The position numbers were made by a program, and so were the translations under genes. DNA of 64,000 nucleotides from Squalus acanthias. Its lineage: Eukaryota. The stretch is taken from assembly GCA_030390025.1 (NCBI GenBank), contig CM059431.1, positions 148,926,001 to 148,990,000 on the forward strand, in the 5' to 3' direction. The first letter of the stretch is position 1. Each line of letters begins with the position of its first letter. The notes beneath the pieces were generated by a model that worked only from the letters and a program-made list of their open reading frames with translations, was not told where the DNA came from and made no database searches. Positions 1-13,107 of this stretch are shown here, piece after piece.

Positions 1-870
1 CACATTCTCACCACTCTCTGGGTAAATAAGTTTATTCTGCATTCGCTATTTGATTTTTTTGGTGATTATCTTATATTATTGACCTCTAGTTTTGCTCTTC
101 CCAAAGTGGAAACATTCAAACTGCATTTACGCTGCATTTACTCTGCAAATCCTTTCATGATTTAAGGACCTCTATTAGGTCACCCCTCAGCCTTTTGTTT
201 TCAAGTGAAAAGATACCCAGTGTGTTCATCCTTTCATGATAGGTGTAGCCTCGCATTTCTGGTATCATCTTTGTAAATCTTCTCAGCACCCTCTCCAGTG
301 CCTCTATATCCTTTTTTATAATATTGCGACCAGAAATGCACATAGTAATCCAAGTGTGTTCTAAGCAAGTCCACAGCAATGTTCGATACAAGTTTGGCAT
401 AACTTCACTCCTCTTCAATTCTATCACTCTGGAAAAAAACAAAGTGCTTGGTTTGCTTTTTGTATGGCCTTTTTAACCTGTGTCGATACTTTTCATCGAT
501 TTGTATATTTGTACTCCTAGATACCTTTGCACCTCTGCCCCATTTTGGATTCTTATTTTCCAAGTAATATGTGACCTTCCTATTTGTCTTACCAAAATGT
601 AATGCCTCACATTTATCTGTGTTGAATTTCATTCGCTAATTATATGCCAATTCTGCAAGTTTATTAAGGTATTTTTGTAATTTGTTGCTGTCCTCCTCAG
701 TGTTGGCCATCCCCTCCAAATTCGTGTCGTCCACACATTTTGAAATTATGTTTTTGGTTCCAAAATCTAAATCGCTAATATAAGTTATGAATAACAGTGG
801 TCCCAGCAGTGATCCATGTAAAACACCACTACCCACCTTCTGCCACGCTGATTAGCTATCCTTTATCCCT
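1..870 (-). mobile_element. CR1-type LINE, degenerate RT/C-terminal fragment
   Basis: Minus-strand ORF pieces SGVLHGSLLGPLLFITYISDLD...CVDDT, MKFNTDKCEALHFG and IEALERVLRRFTKMIP are frameshifted CR1 ORF2 motifs. Confidence 0.85.
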
Positions 871-1165
871 ACTCTCTGCCAACTCGATATTGCTGCCTGT
901 GTTATTATCCTCTCCATCGCTTCGTGGCCCTATTCCCATCAAAACATTCCTTTATCTATTGATATGCCTGTAAAATATTTAACTTTTTTTCGTTCCTTCA
1001 TAATTTAATTTATTTGTTCATGTTTGTCTTCCTAATTGTTATTTTTTACTTCTCTTCTAAACCCTTCATATTCTCACTTGCCATACTCTCCCCTGCTGTC
1101 CATGTAGTTAATGTATGCCGCTTTCCTTCTGCTCATTTTTTACATTATGGCTTTATTCATACACA

Positions 1166-2914
1166 GTGAAATGGCTGAACAATTAAATACATACTTTCGC
1201 TCTGTCTTCACAAAGGAGAACACAAATAACCTCCCAGAGATGTCGGGGAACATAGCGTCGAATGAGAGGGAGGAACTGAATGAAATCAGTATTTGTAGGG
1301 AAATGGTGTTAGGGAAATTGACGGCATTAAAGGCCAATAAATTCTCAGGGCCTGATGATCTACATCCTAGGCTACTTAAGGAATTGGCCCTAGAAATAGT
1401 AGATGCATTGCTGGTCATCTTCCAAAATTCTATAGACTCTGGAACAGTTCCCATGGATTGGAGGGTAGCTAATGTTACCCCACTGTTCAAAAAATGTGGT
1501 AAAGAAAAAACTGGGAATTAAGGTAAGCCTGACATCGGTAGTGGAGAAAATGCTAGCGTCCATTATAAAAGATGAAATAGCAGAGCACTTGGAAAACAGT
1601 GACAGGATTGGACAAAGTCAACCTGGATTTACAAAAGGTAAATCCTGCTTGACTAATCTACTGGAATTTTTGGAGGATGTAACTGATAGAATAGTTAAGG
1701 AGAACCAGTGGCTGTGGTGTATTTGGACTTTCAGAAGGCTTTCGATAAGGTCCCGCATAAGAGATTAGCATGTAAAGTTAAGGCACATGGGATTGGGTGC
1801 AAGGTACTGACTTGGATAGAGAACTGGTTGGCAGACAGGAAGCAAAGATTTGGAATAAAGGGGTATTTTTCCGAGTGGCAGGCAGTGACCAGTGGGGTTC
1901 CGCAGGGATCGGTCCTAGGACCCCAGCTATTCACTATATATATTAATGACCTAGACGAGGGAACTAGATGTAATATCTCCAGGTTTGCAGATGACACAAA
2001 GCTGGGTGGGCGTGTGTGCTGCGAGGAGGATGCCGAGTATGTGTTGGACAGGTTGGGTGATTGGGCAGAAGCATGGCAGATGCAGTATAATGTGGATAAA
2101 TGCGAGGTTATCCACTTTGAGGCACAAACAGAAAGGCAGATTATTATATGAACGGGAATAGATTGGGAGAAGGGGAAGTGCAACGATACCTGGGTGTCCT
2201 TGTGCACCAGTCGCTGAAGGTAAGCATGCAGGTACAGCAGGCGGTTAAGAAGGCAAATGGTATGTTGGCCTTCGTAGCGAGATGGTTTGAGTACAGGAAC
2301 AAGGATGTCTTGCTGCAGCTGGTCAGGGCCTTGATGAGACCACACCTTGAGTATTGTGTGCTTTTTTGGTCGCGTGATCTGAGGAAGGATGTTCTTGCCA
2401 TGGAGGGAGTGCAGCGAAGATTCACCAGACTGATACCTGGGATGGCCGGAATGACGTACGAGGAGAGATTGGGCCGATTGGGCTTATACTCGCTGGAGTT
2501 TAGAAGAATGAGAGGAGATCCCATTGAAACTTATAACATTCTAACAGGGCTAGACAGACTGGATGCAGGAAGGTTGTTCCCGATGGCGGGTGAGTCCAGA
2601 ACAAGAGGTCACAGTCTAAAGATAAGGGGTAAGCCATTTAGGACAGAGATGAGGAGGAATTTCTTCACCCAGAGAGTGGTGAACCTGTGGAATTCTCTAC
2701 CACAGAAGGTAGTTGAGGCCAAGTCAGTAAATATCTCCAAGAAGGAGATCGATATATTTCTTAAGGCTAAAGGTATCAAGGGATATGGGGAGAAGGCAGG
2801 GACAGGGTACTGAATTTGGATGATCAGCCATGATCTCATCGAATGGCGGAGCAGGCTCGAGGGGCCGAATGGCCTACTCCTGCTCCTATCTTCTATGTTT
2901 TCTATGTTTCTATG
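1166..2914 (+). mobile_element. CR1-type LINE, 5'-truncated, frameshifted ORF2 (RT) with 3' tail
   Basis: [44 protein letters not shown]; ends in the CR1 3' UTR (ggctcgaggggccgaatggcctactcctgctcc) and a (ttctatgt)n tail. Confidence 0.95.
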
Positions 2915-2926
2915 TATTACTGTTCT

Positions 2927-3117
2927 TGTCATTTACTCCCGCCACACCGTCTCGCTATTGTTGGTGTCCCTTGTAAATCTCTGTATCCCGCTATTAATTC
3001 TGTAAATCATTTTTAACTATATTACAATTCGTGTCATTTACTCCCGCCACACCCTCTCGCTATTATTGGTATCCCTGGTAAGTCTCTGTATCCAGCTATT
3101 AATTCTATGAATCATGT
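2927..3117 (+). other. Two ~85-bp direct repeats resembling the 3' end of GPCR exon 1 (LAIVGVP / LAIIGIP plus donor)
   Basis: ctc gct att gtt ggt gtc cct t|gtaaat (2951-2978) and ctc gct att att ggt atc cct g|gtaagt (3056-3083); the phase-1 end matches the phase-1 start of the exon at 4781. Confidence 0.5.
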
Positions 3118-3337
3118 TCAACTGTATTTCTCTCCTTGTCATTCTCCATCCCATCCGCGCTGCTGTCGGCTGTTGATTCTGAAGGTGGTAGTTTTACCAA
3201 GATTCAATAGTTCTGTATTCAACTCAAGAAAAGTTATTGGACGAGACTCTTTGCTAAACGAATTTCGTTCTGCTATTACACTGAACACTTGTAACTGATC
3301 AGAAGAATGTTGTCTTGGTTGAGGAGACTTTTCACCG

Positions 3338-3465
3338 AATGACGAAAGATCATCGAACTGAAACATTAACTCTCTCTTCACAGATGCTGCCTGACCTGCT
3401 GAGCAGTTAAAAAATGTTCTATTCTTATTTCAGATTTCCAGCATCCGCAGTAATTTGCTTTTGTT
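3338..3465 (+). mobile_element. Penelope-like terminal-repeat remnant with degenerate hammerhead-like core
   Basis: tgacga-aagatc-atc-gaact-gaaac followed by cagatgctgcctgacctgctgag; a homologous copy lies at 56045-56145. Confidence 0.5.
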
Positions 3466-4780
3466 TTCACCTAATGCTCGGTATGGTTACTCACACAGGG
3501 TCACAGGAACAAATCCTGGCAGATCACACCCACATCGTTAAATGTCTGAAATATCCGCTAATCATTCAGATCCAGTCAGTGTCTCCTTTCCAACCATCTC
3601 CAGCTCTGCATTAGTGGCACTGCTTCTGATGGTTAGAATAGGATTACTAGGATAATTTAAATTCTCGAAAAACGTTCCGTCAGCCATATTTAAATGCGTT
3701 TATTACCAATCTTTGTTTTGAATTTACAATTGGAGCCCATGTCTGTCTGTCACAGTTCAGTGGATCTCTCAGTGAGACCCAGAGTGATTCTCTATTGCCT
3801 CCTGCTGTCCTGCAGGATATACAATCCCAGCTGATTGTAACTGAAGTACTGAGGATAAGAAAATCCTTTCATATTTTCTCGACTAATATTCTCTGCACAA
3901 GTTGGAAACCAACAGGTGAAGAAGTACAAGGATAAATCTCTTCCATTTGTGTTCAGATACTTTACAAAAGCCTTGGGAGGCTCGTTACCTGTGGGATGAT
4001 TCGCTTGTTTATGATGCTAATAAATGCATTTAGTGGGATATTACCTGGTCAACGCTAACTATTTATTTTAATTCAGAATCCATTCTATACAATGTTATTT
4101 GGAAAATCTTCCTTTCAATGAGCCACAATTTGAGTATTTCAACAAAACTTTAGAAAGCTCAATCGTCAAAACATTTCTTATAACCCAGTTATCTTTATAA
4201 CTGCAATGCACTTGTATTTATTATCTTAGCACTTGCATATTACAGCCGTACATTTTAAATGCAATTGCCTGTAATTATTGCACGCCAAGATTACAGTTAC
4301 TGTATTTTGCCGTTGCATTTATTGTCAGTTCTAAATATAATGGTTATTCGAAAAAGGAGCAGGAATCCAAGCGGGATTTCCCTCTCCCGAACACAGGGGC
4401 AGTGAGGCGAATTGCACCGCTCCAAATGCTGACTGATCCCGGGACACGAAGGCTTCCTGAGAGGTTCTGGTCCTTTGTGTCACTGGTACCTCGGGCGGAG
4501 CTTTTGTCTGCGGGGCTAAATGTAGATCTACCATGTAATCTCTCATTGATCAAACATTAGATACGTTCATGTTGTATTTAACCCCGCTACATTTCTTAAT
4601 TCCACAATGTATTCCGATTACTCTTACAGTAAACCCTGTATTCAGCACCACGGGTAATAGAATTATTTTATATCATTGACTGTCGCTAATGAGTTGCAGA
4701 TTTTTCCCCGAATTCCTTCAATCTGCTGCTCTTATCCGAGCCTGATGTATAATTTCCCTGTCTATTTCCCTTGCTCACAG

Positions 4781-5682
4781 TGAACTTAGTGACGATTGTG
4801 ATCCTGTCTCGGGGAAAGTGCGGTCTCTCCAAATGTGTCACTCGCTACCTGGTGGCCATGGCAGCGGCGGATCTACTGGTCGTTATCCTCGACCTGATAT
4901 TGAGGCAGATTCCAATTGCTTTCAGGGAACAGTTTCGTTTCGTGGAGTCCATCCCGGTGTGTAATATCCACGCCATCCTGCTTTATGCAGCCACAGACTG
5001 TTCTGTCTGGTTCACCGTCACTTTCACCTTTGATCGATTTGTGGCCATTTGTCGGCAGAAGCTGAAAATTAAATATTGCACCGAGAAAACGGCGGCTGTG
5101 GTTCTGGGAACAGTGACTGTGCTGAGCAGTTTAAAGAACATTTTCTGGTATTTTATGTTCACAGATCGGTATTCGCTTGAGAACCTCCCCTGGTTTTGTG
5201 AGGTAAAAATGGATGTTGTGTTTTCATTGGTCTGGGGAACAATCGAGCTCCTTCATTATATTCTCACCCCGGGGGTCCCATTTGTCGTGATTCTGCTGCT
5301 CAATGCTGTCACCGTCAGACACATTTTAGTGGCCAGCAGAGCCCGCAGGAGACTCCGGGGTCCCAGCAGTGGGGAGAGTCCCAGAGACCCAGAGATGGAG
5401 AGCCGCAGGAAATCCATCATTTTACTGCTTGTTATCTCCGGCAATTTCATCCTGTTGTGGGCAGTATTTATGGTGTATTATATATTGAGCCGGATGACGG
5501 ATTTGGGGTCTATGTCTGTATATGCACCTGGTTATGTAAGGGAATTGGGATTGATGTTGCAGATGCTGAGTTGCTGCACAAACACTGGGATTTATGCCGT
5601 CACCCAGACTAAGTTCAGAGAGCAGTTGAAGAATGTGGGGAAATATCCCTTTACTCTGATTGTAAAATTCATTAAAGGATGA
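4781..5682 (+). CDS. Class A GPCR, GPR139/GPR142-like; main coding exon (TM1 end to stop)
   Basis: Acceptor ttgctcacag| at 4780; open frame NLVTIVILSRGKCGLS...YLVAMAAADLL...FTFDRFVAIC (DRY-like)...CCTNTGIY (NPxxY-like)...KG*; hydrophobic TM segments; no ATG, so an upstream exon is needed. Confidence 0.9.
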
Positions 5683-5877
5683 TGTGAAGCGGAGACTTTG
5701 CAGCCTGAGAGCTCCCTGGCCCTGGTATTGTGGCGAGCCGCTCTCCCCCGGACCGGGCAGCCCGCCGGCGGGGAAGTTCACATATCAAAGATGGCGGTTC
5801 TGGCGCCCCTAACAAAGATGGCGGCTCTGGTTAAAACATTATAACCCTTTATAAATCATTATGATCTTTAAGAAATC

Positions 5878-6290
5878 ATTGTTTTATTCATTCTTGGAAT
5901 GTGGACGTCGCAGGCAAGGCCAGCATTTATTGTCCATCCCTAATTGCCCTGGAGAAGTTGGTGGTGACCCGCCTCATACAACTGAGTTACTTGCTCGGCC
6001 ATTTCAGTTGGTCTTTAATAGTGAGCCACATTGCTGTGGGTCTGGAGTCACATTTCGTCCAGAATGGATAACGACGGCAGATTTCCTTCCCTGAAGGACA
6101 TTAATGAACCAGATGTGTTTTTAACGACAATCCGGTAGTTTCATGGTCACCATTACTGAGGCTATTTTTTTTCCAGATTTGTTTGATGATTTGAATTGAA
6201 ATCCCCAGCTGGTGGGATTTAAGCTCAGGATCATTCGTCCAGGCATATGGTTTACTAGTCCAGCAACATAACCACTATCGTACTGTACCC
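5878..6290 (-). mobile_element. SINE (probably tRNA-derived) sharing its 3' tail with the LINE family at 26.3/29.7/45.6/49 kb
   Basis: Reverse complement of 53622-54030; tail caccac...ttctccagggcaattagggatg...aaatgctggccttgcctgcgacg matches the LINE 3' end. Confidence 0.65.
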
Positions 6291-6316
6291 TTCAAATATA
6301 TCGCCGTTCCTTCATC

Positions 6317-8935
6317 CCCTGTGGACACCCACCTCTAAAACAGATATACCGCTTTGGATACTGTTGAGGGGGATGGCTTATCGGGGGAAGGCAGCAGCAG
6401 CCAACTTCCTGCCACCAGGGGTGGTTCTGCTGCACAGGACGGGAGGAAAAAATGGGTAGAGCTGTAGTGATAGGGGATTCTATTGTAAGGGGAATATATA
6501 GGCGTTTCTGCGGCCGCAAATGAGACGCCAGGATGGTATGTTGCCTCCCTGGTACAAGGGTCAAGGATATCTCAGAGCGGCTGCAGAACATTTTGGAAGG
6601 GGAGGGTGAACAGCCAGTTGTCGTGGTGCATATAGGTACCAACGATATAGGTGAAAAACGGGATGAGGTTCTAAAAGCTGAATTTCGGGAGTTAGGAGGT
6701 AAATTAAAAATAGGACCTCAAAGGTAGTAATCTAAAGATTGCTACAAGTGCCACGTGCTAGCCAGAGTAGAAATAGAAGGATATTTCAGATGAATACGTG
6801 GCTAGAGGAAAGGTGCAAGGGGGAGGGATTCAAATTCCTGGGACATTGGAACCGGTTCTGGGAGAGGTGGGACCAGTGCAAATTGGACGGTTGGCACCTG
6901 GGCAGGACCGGGACCGATGTCCTTGGGGGAGTGTTTGCTAGTGCTCTGGGGGAGGGTTTAAACTAAAATGGCAGGGGGTTGGTAACCTGAGCAGGGAGAC
7001 AGAGGAAAGGGAAACAAGGATAGAAGAAAAAGTCAGGAAGGTAAAAAACAAAGGTGGCAGTCAGAGAAATCAAGGGTTTAAATCAAACGTGACCACAGTA
7101 AATAATAATTCTAAAAGTTCTAAGAGAGTTAAAAAAACAAGCCTGAAGGCTTTGTGTCTTAATGCGAGGAGCATTCGTAACATGGTGGATGAATTAGCTG
7201 CACAAATAGAGGTTAACGAACATGTTATGATTGGGATTACGGAATCATGGCTCCAGGGTGACCAAGGCTGGGAACTCAACATCCAGGGGTATTCAATATT
7301 CAGGAAAGATAGGCAAAAAGGAAAAGGAGGTGGGGTAGCATTGCTGGTTAAAGAGGGGATTAACACAATTGTAAGGAAGGATATTAGCTCTGATGATGTG
7401 GAATCTGTATGGGTAGAACTGAGAAATACCAAGGGGCAGAAAACGTTAGTGGGAGTGGTATACAGACCCCCAAACAGTAATGCGGAGGTTGGGGATGGCA
7501 TTAAAATGGAAATTAGAGAAGCGTGCAATAATGGCACAGCAGTGATCATGGGTGACTTTAATCTACATATAGATAGGGCTAACCAAATTAGTAACAGTAC
7601 TGTGGAGGAGCAATTCCTGGAGTGTATACGGGATGGTTTCCTGGACCAATATGTCGAGTAACCAACTAGCGATCAGGCCATCTTAGACTGGGTATTATGT
7701 AATGAGAAAGGATTAATTAGCAATCTTGTTGTGTGAGGCCCCTTGGGTCGGAGCGATCATAATATAATAGAATTCTTCATTAAGATGGAGAGTGAAGTAG
7801 TTGACTCAGAGACTAGGGTCCTGAATTTAAATAACAGAAACTACGATGGTATGAGGCGCGAGTTGGGTAGGATTGATTGGGGAATATCACTCAAAGGGTT
7901 GACGGTGGATAGGCAAAGTCAAACATTCAAAGACCGCATGAATGAAAGACAGAATTTGTTCATCCCAGTTTGGCATAAAAATAAAACAAAAAAGGTGACT
8001 CAACCGTGGCTATCAAGGGAAATTAGGGATAGCATAAGATCCAAGGAGAGGACATATACATTGGCCAGAAAAAGCTGAAAACCTGAGGATTGGGAGCAGA
8101 ATATGATTCAGCAAAGAAGGACAAAGGGATTAATTAAGAAGGGGTAAATAGAGTATGAGAGTAAGCTTACAAGGAACATAAAAACTAACTGTAAAAGCTT
8201 TTAAAGATATGTGAAGAGAAAAAGATTTGTGAAGTCAAGCATAGGTCCCTTGTAGACAGAATCAGGGGAATTTATAATGGGGAACAAAGAAACGGTTGAC
8301 CAATTAAATACATACTTTGGTTCTGTCTTCACAAAGGAGGACACAAATAACCTCCCAGAGATGTCGGGGAACATAGGGTCTAATGAGAGGGAGGAACTGA
8401 AAGAAATCAGTATTTGTAGGGAAATGTAGGGAAATGGTGTTAGGGAAATTGACGGGATTGAAGGCTGATAAATCCCCAGGGCCTGATAATCTACATCCTA
8501 GGGTATGTAAGGAAGTGGCCCTAGAAATAGTAGATGCATTGTTGGTCATCTTCCAAACTTCGATAGACTGGAACAGTACCCATTGATAGGAGGGTAGCTA
8601 AAGTTACCCCACTATTCAAAAAAGTTGAAAGAGAGAAAATGGGGAATTATAGACCGGTAAGCCTGACATCGGTAGTGGGGAAAATGCTAGAGTCCATTAT
8701 AAAAGATGTAATAGCAGAGCACTTGGAAAACAGTGACAGGATCGGACAAAGTCAACATGGATTTACAAAAGGTAAATCGTGCTTGACTAATCTACTGGAT
8801 CTTTTTGAGAATGTAACTGTTAAAATAGATAAGGGAGAACCAGTGGATGTGGTGTATTTTGACTTTCAGAAGGCTTTCGATAAGGTCCCGCCTAAGAGAT
8901 TAGCATGTAAAGTTAAGGCACATGGGATTGGGGGC
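6317..8935 (+). mobile_element. CR1-type LINE: ORF1 SGNH/esterase-like region, ORF2 endonuclease and RT N-half, 3'-truncated
   Basis: GDSIVRG, CLPGTRV, VVVHIGTNDIG (ORF1); LNARSI, GITESW, MGDFN, SDH (APE); [22 protein letters not shown]; multiple stops; cut off at the satellite at 8937. Confidence 0.93.
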
Positions 8936-8936
8936 A

Positions 8937-10080
8937 GCGAGTGCTCCCAAGGAAGTACAGCACGGGATAGATACAGTCTAGAGACCCCTCTACATTACCC
9001 TGACAGTGTGTCCCCACTTTATACCCAGTGTCAGCATCGAGCGCTTCCAGGGCAGGTACAGCACGGGTTAGATATAGTGTAGAGCTCCCTCTACATTACC
9101 CTGACAGTGTGTCTCCACTTTATACACAGTGTCAGCATCGAGCGCTCCCAGTGCAGGTACTGCAAGTATTAAATCTAGTGTACAGTTACCTCTACATTAC
9201 CCTGACAGTGTGTCCCCACTTTATACACATAGTGTCAGCATCGAGCGCTCCCAGGGCAGGTACAGCACGGGTTAGATACACTGTAGAGCTCCCTCTGCAT
9301 CACCCTGACAGTGTGTCCCCACTTTATACCCAGTGTCGGCATCGAGCGCTCCCAGGGCAGGTACAGCACGGGTTACATACAGTGTAGAGCTCTCTCTGCA
9401 TTACCCTGACAGGGAGTCCCCCACTTTATACCCTGTGTCAGCATCGAGCGCTCCCAGGGCAGGTACAGCACGGGTTAGATACAGTGTAGAGCTCTCTCTA
9501 CATTACCCTGACAGTGTGTCCCCCACTTTATACCCAGTGTCGGCATCGAGCGCTCCCAGGGCAGGTACAGCACGGGTTAGATACAGTGTAGAGCTCTCTC
9601 TACATTACCCTGACAGTGTGTCCCCACTTTATACCCTGTGTCAGCATCGAGCGCTCCCAGGGCAGGTACAGCACGGGTTAGATATAGTGTAGAGCTCCCT
9701 CTACATTACCCTGACAGTGTGTCCCCACTTTATACCAGTGTCAGCATCGAGCGCTCCCAGGGCAGGTACAGCACGGGTTAGAGACAGTGTAGAACTCCCT
9801 CTACATTACCCTGACATTGTGTCCCCACTTTATACACAGTGTCAGCATCGAGCGCTCCCAGGGCAGGTACAGCACGGGTTAGATACAGTGTAGAGCTCCC
9901 TCTACATTACCCTGACAGTGTGTCCTCCACTTTATACCCAGTGTCAGCATCGAGCGCTCCCAGGGCAGGTACAGCACGGGTTAGATACAGTGTAGAGGTC
10001 CCTCTACATTACCCTGACAGTGTGTCCCCACTTTATACCCAGTGTCAGCATCGAGTGCTCCCAGGGCAGGTACAGCACGG
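8937..10080 (+). repeat. ~100-bp tandem satellite, ~11 units
   Basis: Unit gggcaggtacagcacgggttagatacagtgtagagctccctctacattaccctgacagtgtgtccccactttatacccagtgtcagcatcgagcgctccca. Confidence 0.95.
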
Positions 10081-10082
10081 CT

Positions 10083-12975
10083 GACAGAGGAGAAACTTGA
10101 GTTTGAAACTAGAGTATTAAACTTAAATAAAGGAAATTACAAAGGTATGAGGAGAGAGTTAGCTAAAGTGCACTGCGAAAATAGATTAGAAGGTAAGATC
10201 GTAGAAAAGCAGCGGCAGATATTTAAAGAGATATTTTCTGACTCTCAACAAAGATATAATTCCGTGAGAAAGAAAGACTCGAAGAGAAGGGTGAACCAAC
10301 CATGGTTAACCAAGGAAGTTAAGGATGGTATAAAATTCAAAAGTTGCAAAGATTGGTGGTAGGCCAGAAGATTGGGAAAGTTTTCGAAACCAGCAAAGGA
10401 CGACTAAAAAAATAATAAAGAAGGAGAAAATAGCTTATGCGATAAACTCGCAAGAAATATAAAAACTGAAAGTAAGAGCTTCTACAAGTATATAAAAAGG
10501 AAGAGAGTAGCTAAAATAAACCTTTGGTCCCTTAGAGGACGAGACTGGGGAAATAATAATGGGAAACAAGGAATAGGCAGAGGCATTGAACAAATATTTT
10601 GTATCTATCTTCACAGTAGAGTACACTCAAAACACCACAGTAACAGTAGAATATCAAGGGGCAAAAGGAAGGGATGAACTTAAAACAATCACCATCACTA
10701 GAGAAAAAGTGTTCGGCAAACTTATGAGTCCAAAGGCTGACAAGTCCCCTGGACCTGATGACCTGCATCCTAGGGTCTTAAAAGAAGTGGCTACAGAGAT
10801 ATCGGATGCATTGGTAGTAAACTTCCAAAATTCCCTTGACTCTGGAAAAGTCCTAGCGGATTGGAAAACCGCAAATGTAACGCTCTTATTCAAAAAGGAG
10901 GGAGACAGAAAGCAGGAAAATACATGCCAGTTAGCCTAACATCCGTCATTGGCAAAATCCTCGAATCTATTACTAAGGAATTAATAGCAGGGCATTTAGA
11001 AAATCATAATTAATCAAACAGAGTCAACATGGTTTTATGAAAGAGAAATCGTGTTTAACAAATCTATTAGAGTTCTTTGAGGAGGAAACGAGCAAGGTGG
11101 ATAAAGGGGAGCCAGTAGATGTAGTGAATTTGGATTTCCAAAAGGCATTCGATAAGGTGCCACATAAAAGGTTACTGCATAAGATCAGAGCTCATGGTGT
11201 TGGGGGTAATATATTAAATTGGATAGAGGATTGGCTAATAACAGAAAACAGAGAGTCGGGATAAATGGGTAATTTTCCGATTAGCAAACTGTAACTAGTG
11301 GGGTGCCACAGGGATCAGTGCTGGGGCCTCAACTATTTACAATCTATATTAATGACTTGGATGAAGGAAGCGAGTGTGTTGTAGCCAAATCTGATGATGA
11401 TACAAAGATAGGTGGGAAAGCAAGTAGTGGAGAGGACATAAAGGGCTGGATTTTCATTGACCCGTGGAGGCGGGTTTGGAGGCGTGTGGGGGGTTAAAAT
11501 TGCGAAAACTGGCGGGCGGGCACAAGTCCGCCTCCATCCCGTCTCCACGCAATTTTCATTAAATCGTGTCTGCTGGTCCCGACTCCACCCGCCTTTAAAA
11601 GGTGGGATAGGCTGCTAAGGTCCTAAGCAAGCACAAAATTGGCTCTATAATGCCATTTTGAAAGGCCTTTGTGATTTAAACCCTTGTTTTATGTGAAGCA
11701 CGCCTGTTCTGAACAACGAATGTGAAACCTGGCAGTAGCATATTTCGGCAGCTGACTATCAACTGCAGGTGCACTATTACAACAGAGTAGTAGTAGTAGG
11801 AGGAAAAATATCTGGGAGCAGACCTAGGGCTGCTGCTGCTCATTTTGCCTTCAGGTCCTCTAACAGCAAAGGCCAGGCAGTCTTTGCAGACCTTCAATGC
11901 AGCAGTAATGATGACATCATCAGAGGCGACATTCAGACTGAAAACATTAATTGGTTCATGGGTTCCCATATGCTAGAACTCAATTGCCCAATTAGGTGAA
12001 AATCGCATCAATCTCCCACATCCAATTGCAGTCGGGTGCATAACACGAAAAGTGGATGACACGACCCCAACCCGCCCCAGTATCAAAATCCAGCCAAAAG
12101 AGTCTGCAAAGGGATATAGATAGGTTAAGTGAGTGGGCAAGAATTTGGCAGATGGAGTATAATGTGGGAAAATGTGAAGTTATCCACTTTGGCAGGAAAA
12201 ATAGAAAAGAAAAATATTATTTAAATGGAGAAAGACTACAGAATGTGGCGGTACAGAGGGATTTGGGTGTCCTCGTACATGAAACACAAAGAATTAACAT
12301 GCAGGTGCAGCAAGTAATTAGGAAGGCAAATGGAATGTTGGCCTTTACTGCAAGGGGTATGGAGTATAAAAGTAGAGAAGTCCTGCTACAACTGTACAGG
12401 GCGCTGGTGAGACCACACCTGGAGTACTGCGTGCAGTTTTGTCCCCTTATTTAAGGAGGGATATACTTGCATTGGAGGCAGTTCAGAGAAGGTTCACTAG
12501 GTTGATTCCTGGAATAGAAGGGTTGTCTTATTAGGAAAGGTTGAGCAGACTGGGCCTATACTCAGTGGAGTTTAGAAGAATGAGAGATGATCCGATTGAA
12601 ACATATAAGATTCTGAGAGGGTTGGACAGGTTAGATGCTGAGAGGATGTTTCCCCTCTTCAGGGAATCTAGAACGAGGGGGCATAGTCTCAGAATAAGGG
12701 GTCGCCCATTTAAGATGGAGATGAGGAGGAATTTCAGAGGTTCCTGAATCTTTGGAATTCTTTACCCCAGAGAGCTGTGGAAGCTGAGTCACTGAATATA
12801 TTCAAGGCTGAGATTGACAGATTTTTGAGCAACAGGGGAGTCAAGAGTTATGGGGAGTGGGCAGGAAAGTGGGGTTGAGGCAAAAATCGGATCAGCCATG
12901 CTCTTATTGAATGGCGGAGCAGGCTCGAGGGGCCGAATGGCCTACTCCTGCTCCTGCATCTTATGTTCTTATGTT
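10083..12975 (+). mobile_element. CR1-type LINE (different subfamily), ORF2 to 3' tail, interrupted by a MITE
   Basis: [46 protein letters not shown]; tail cttatgttcttatg. Confidence 0.93.
11443..12096. mobile_element. Non-autonomous DNA transposon (MITE), Harbinger-type
   Basis: TIRs gggctggatttt / aaaatccagcca; AAA duplicated (11440-42, 12097-99); removal restores CR1 codons GAC ATA AAG AGT (DIKS). Confidence 0.8.
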
Positions 12976-13107
12976 ATCCACACACCCTCCGGGGCGGGAG
13001 TTGACCCCAGTTCCCGGAGGGTGAAAGTTCAGAATCTGACCCCCTGACCCCCTGACCCCACCCCAGTCCCCAAGGATTAAAATGTAAATTGCGGACGGTT
13101 GATTTAT

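Noticed and set aside
903..921. tattatcctctcc(a)tcgct, resembling YYPLLA of a GPCR first exon
   Set aside because: Short, needs an indel, and has no supporting upstream frame or donor; may be chance
1731..2345. Antisense ORFs over CR1 copies (also 18143-18547, 57434-57736) and over the transposase (32926-33738)
   Set aside because: Shadow frames of TE coding sequence with no independent evidence
8937..10080. CRISPR-like regular repeats with hairpins
   Set aside because: Whole units repeat with no unique spacers, there are no cas genes, and the context is vertebrate; it is a satellite
12985..13050. tRNA-like sequence on the minus strand (ctttcacc...ggggtcaactccc)
   Set aside because: No acceptor stem or full cloverleaf; at most a decayed SINE head
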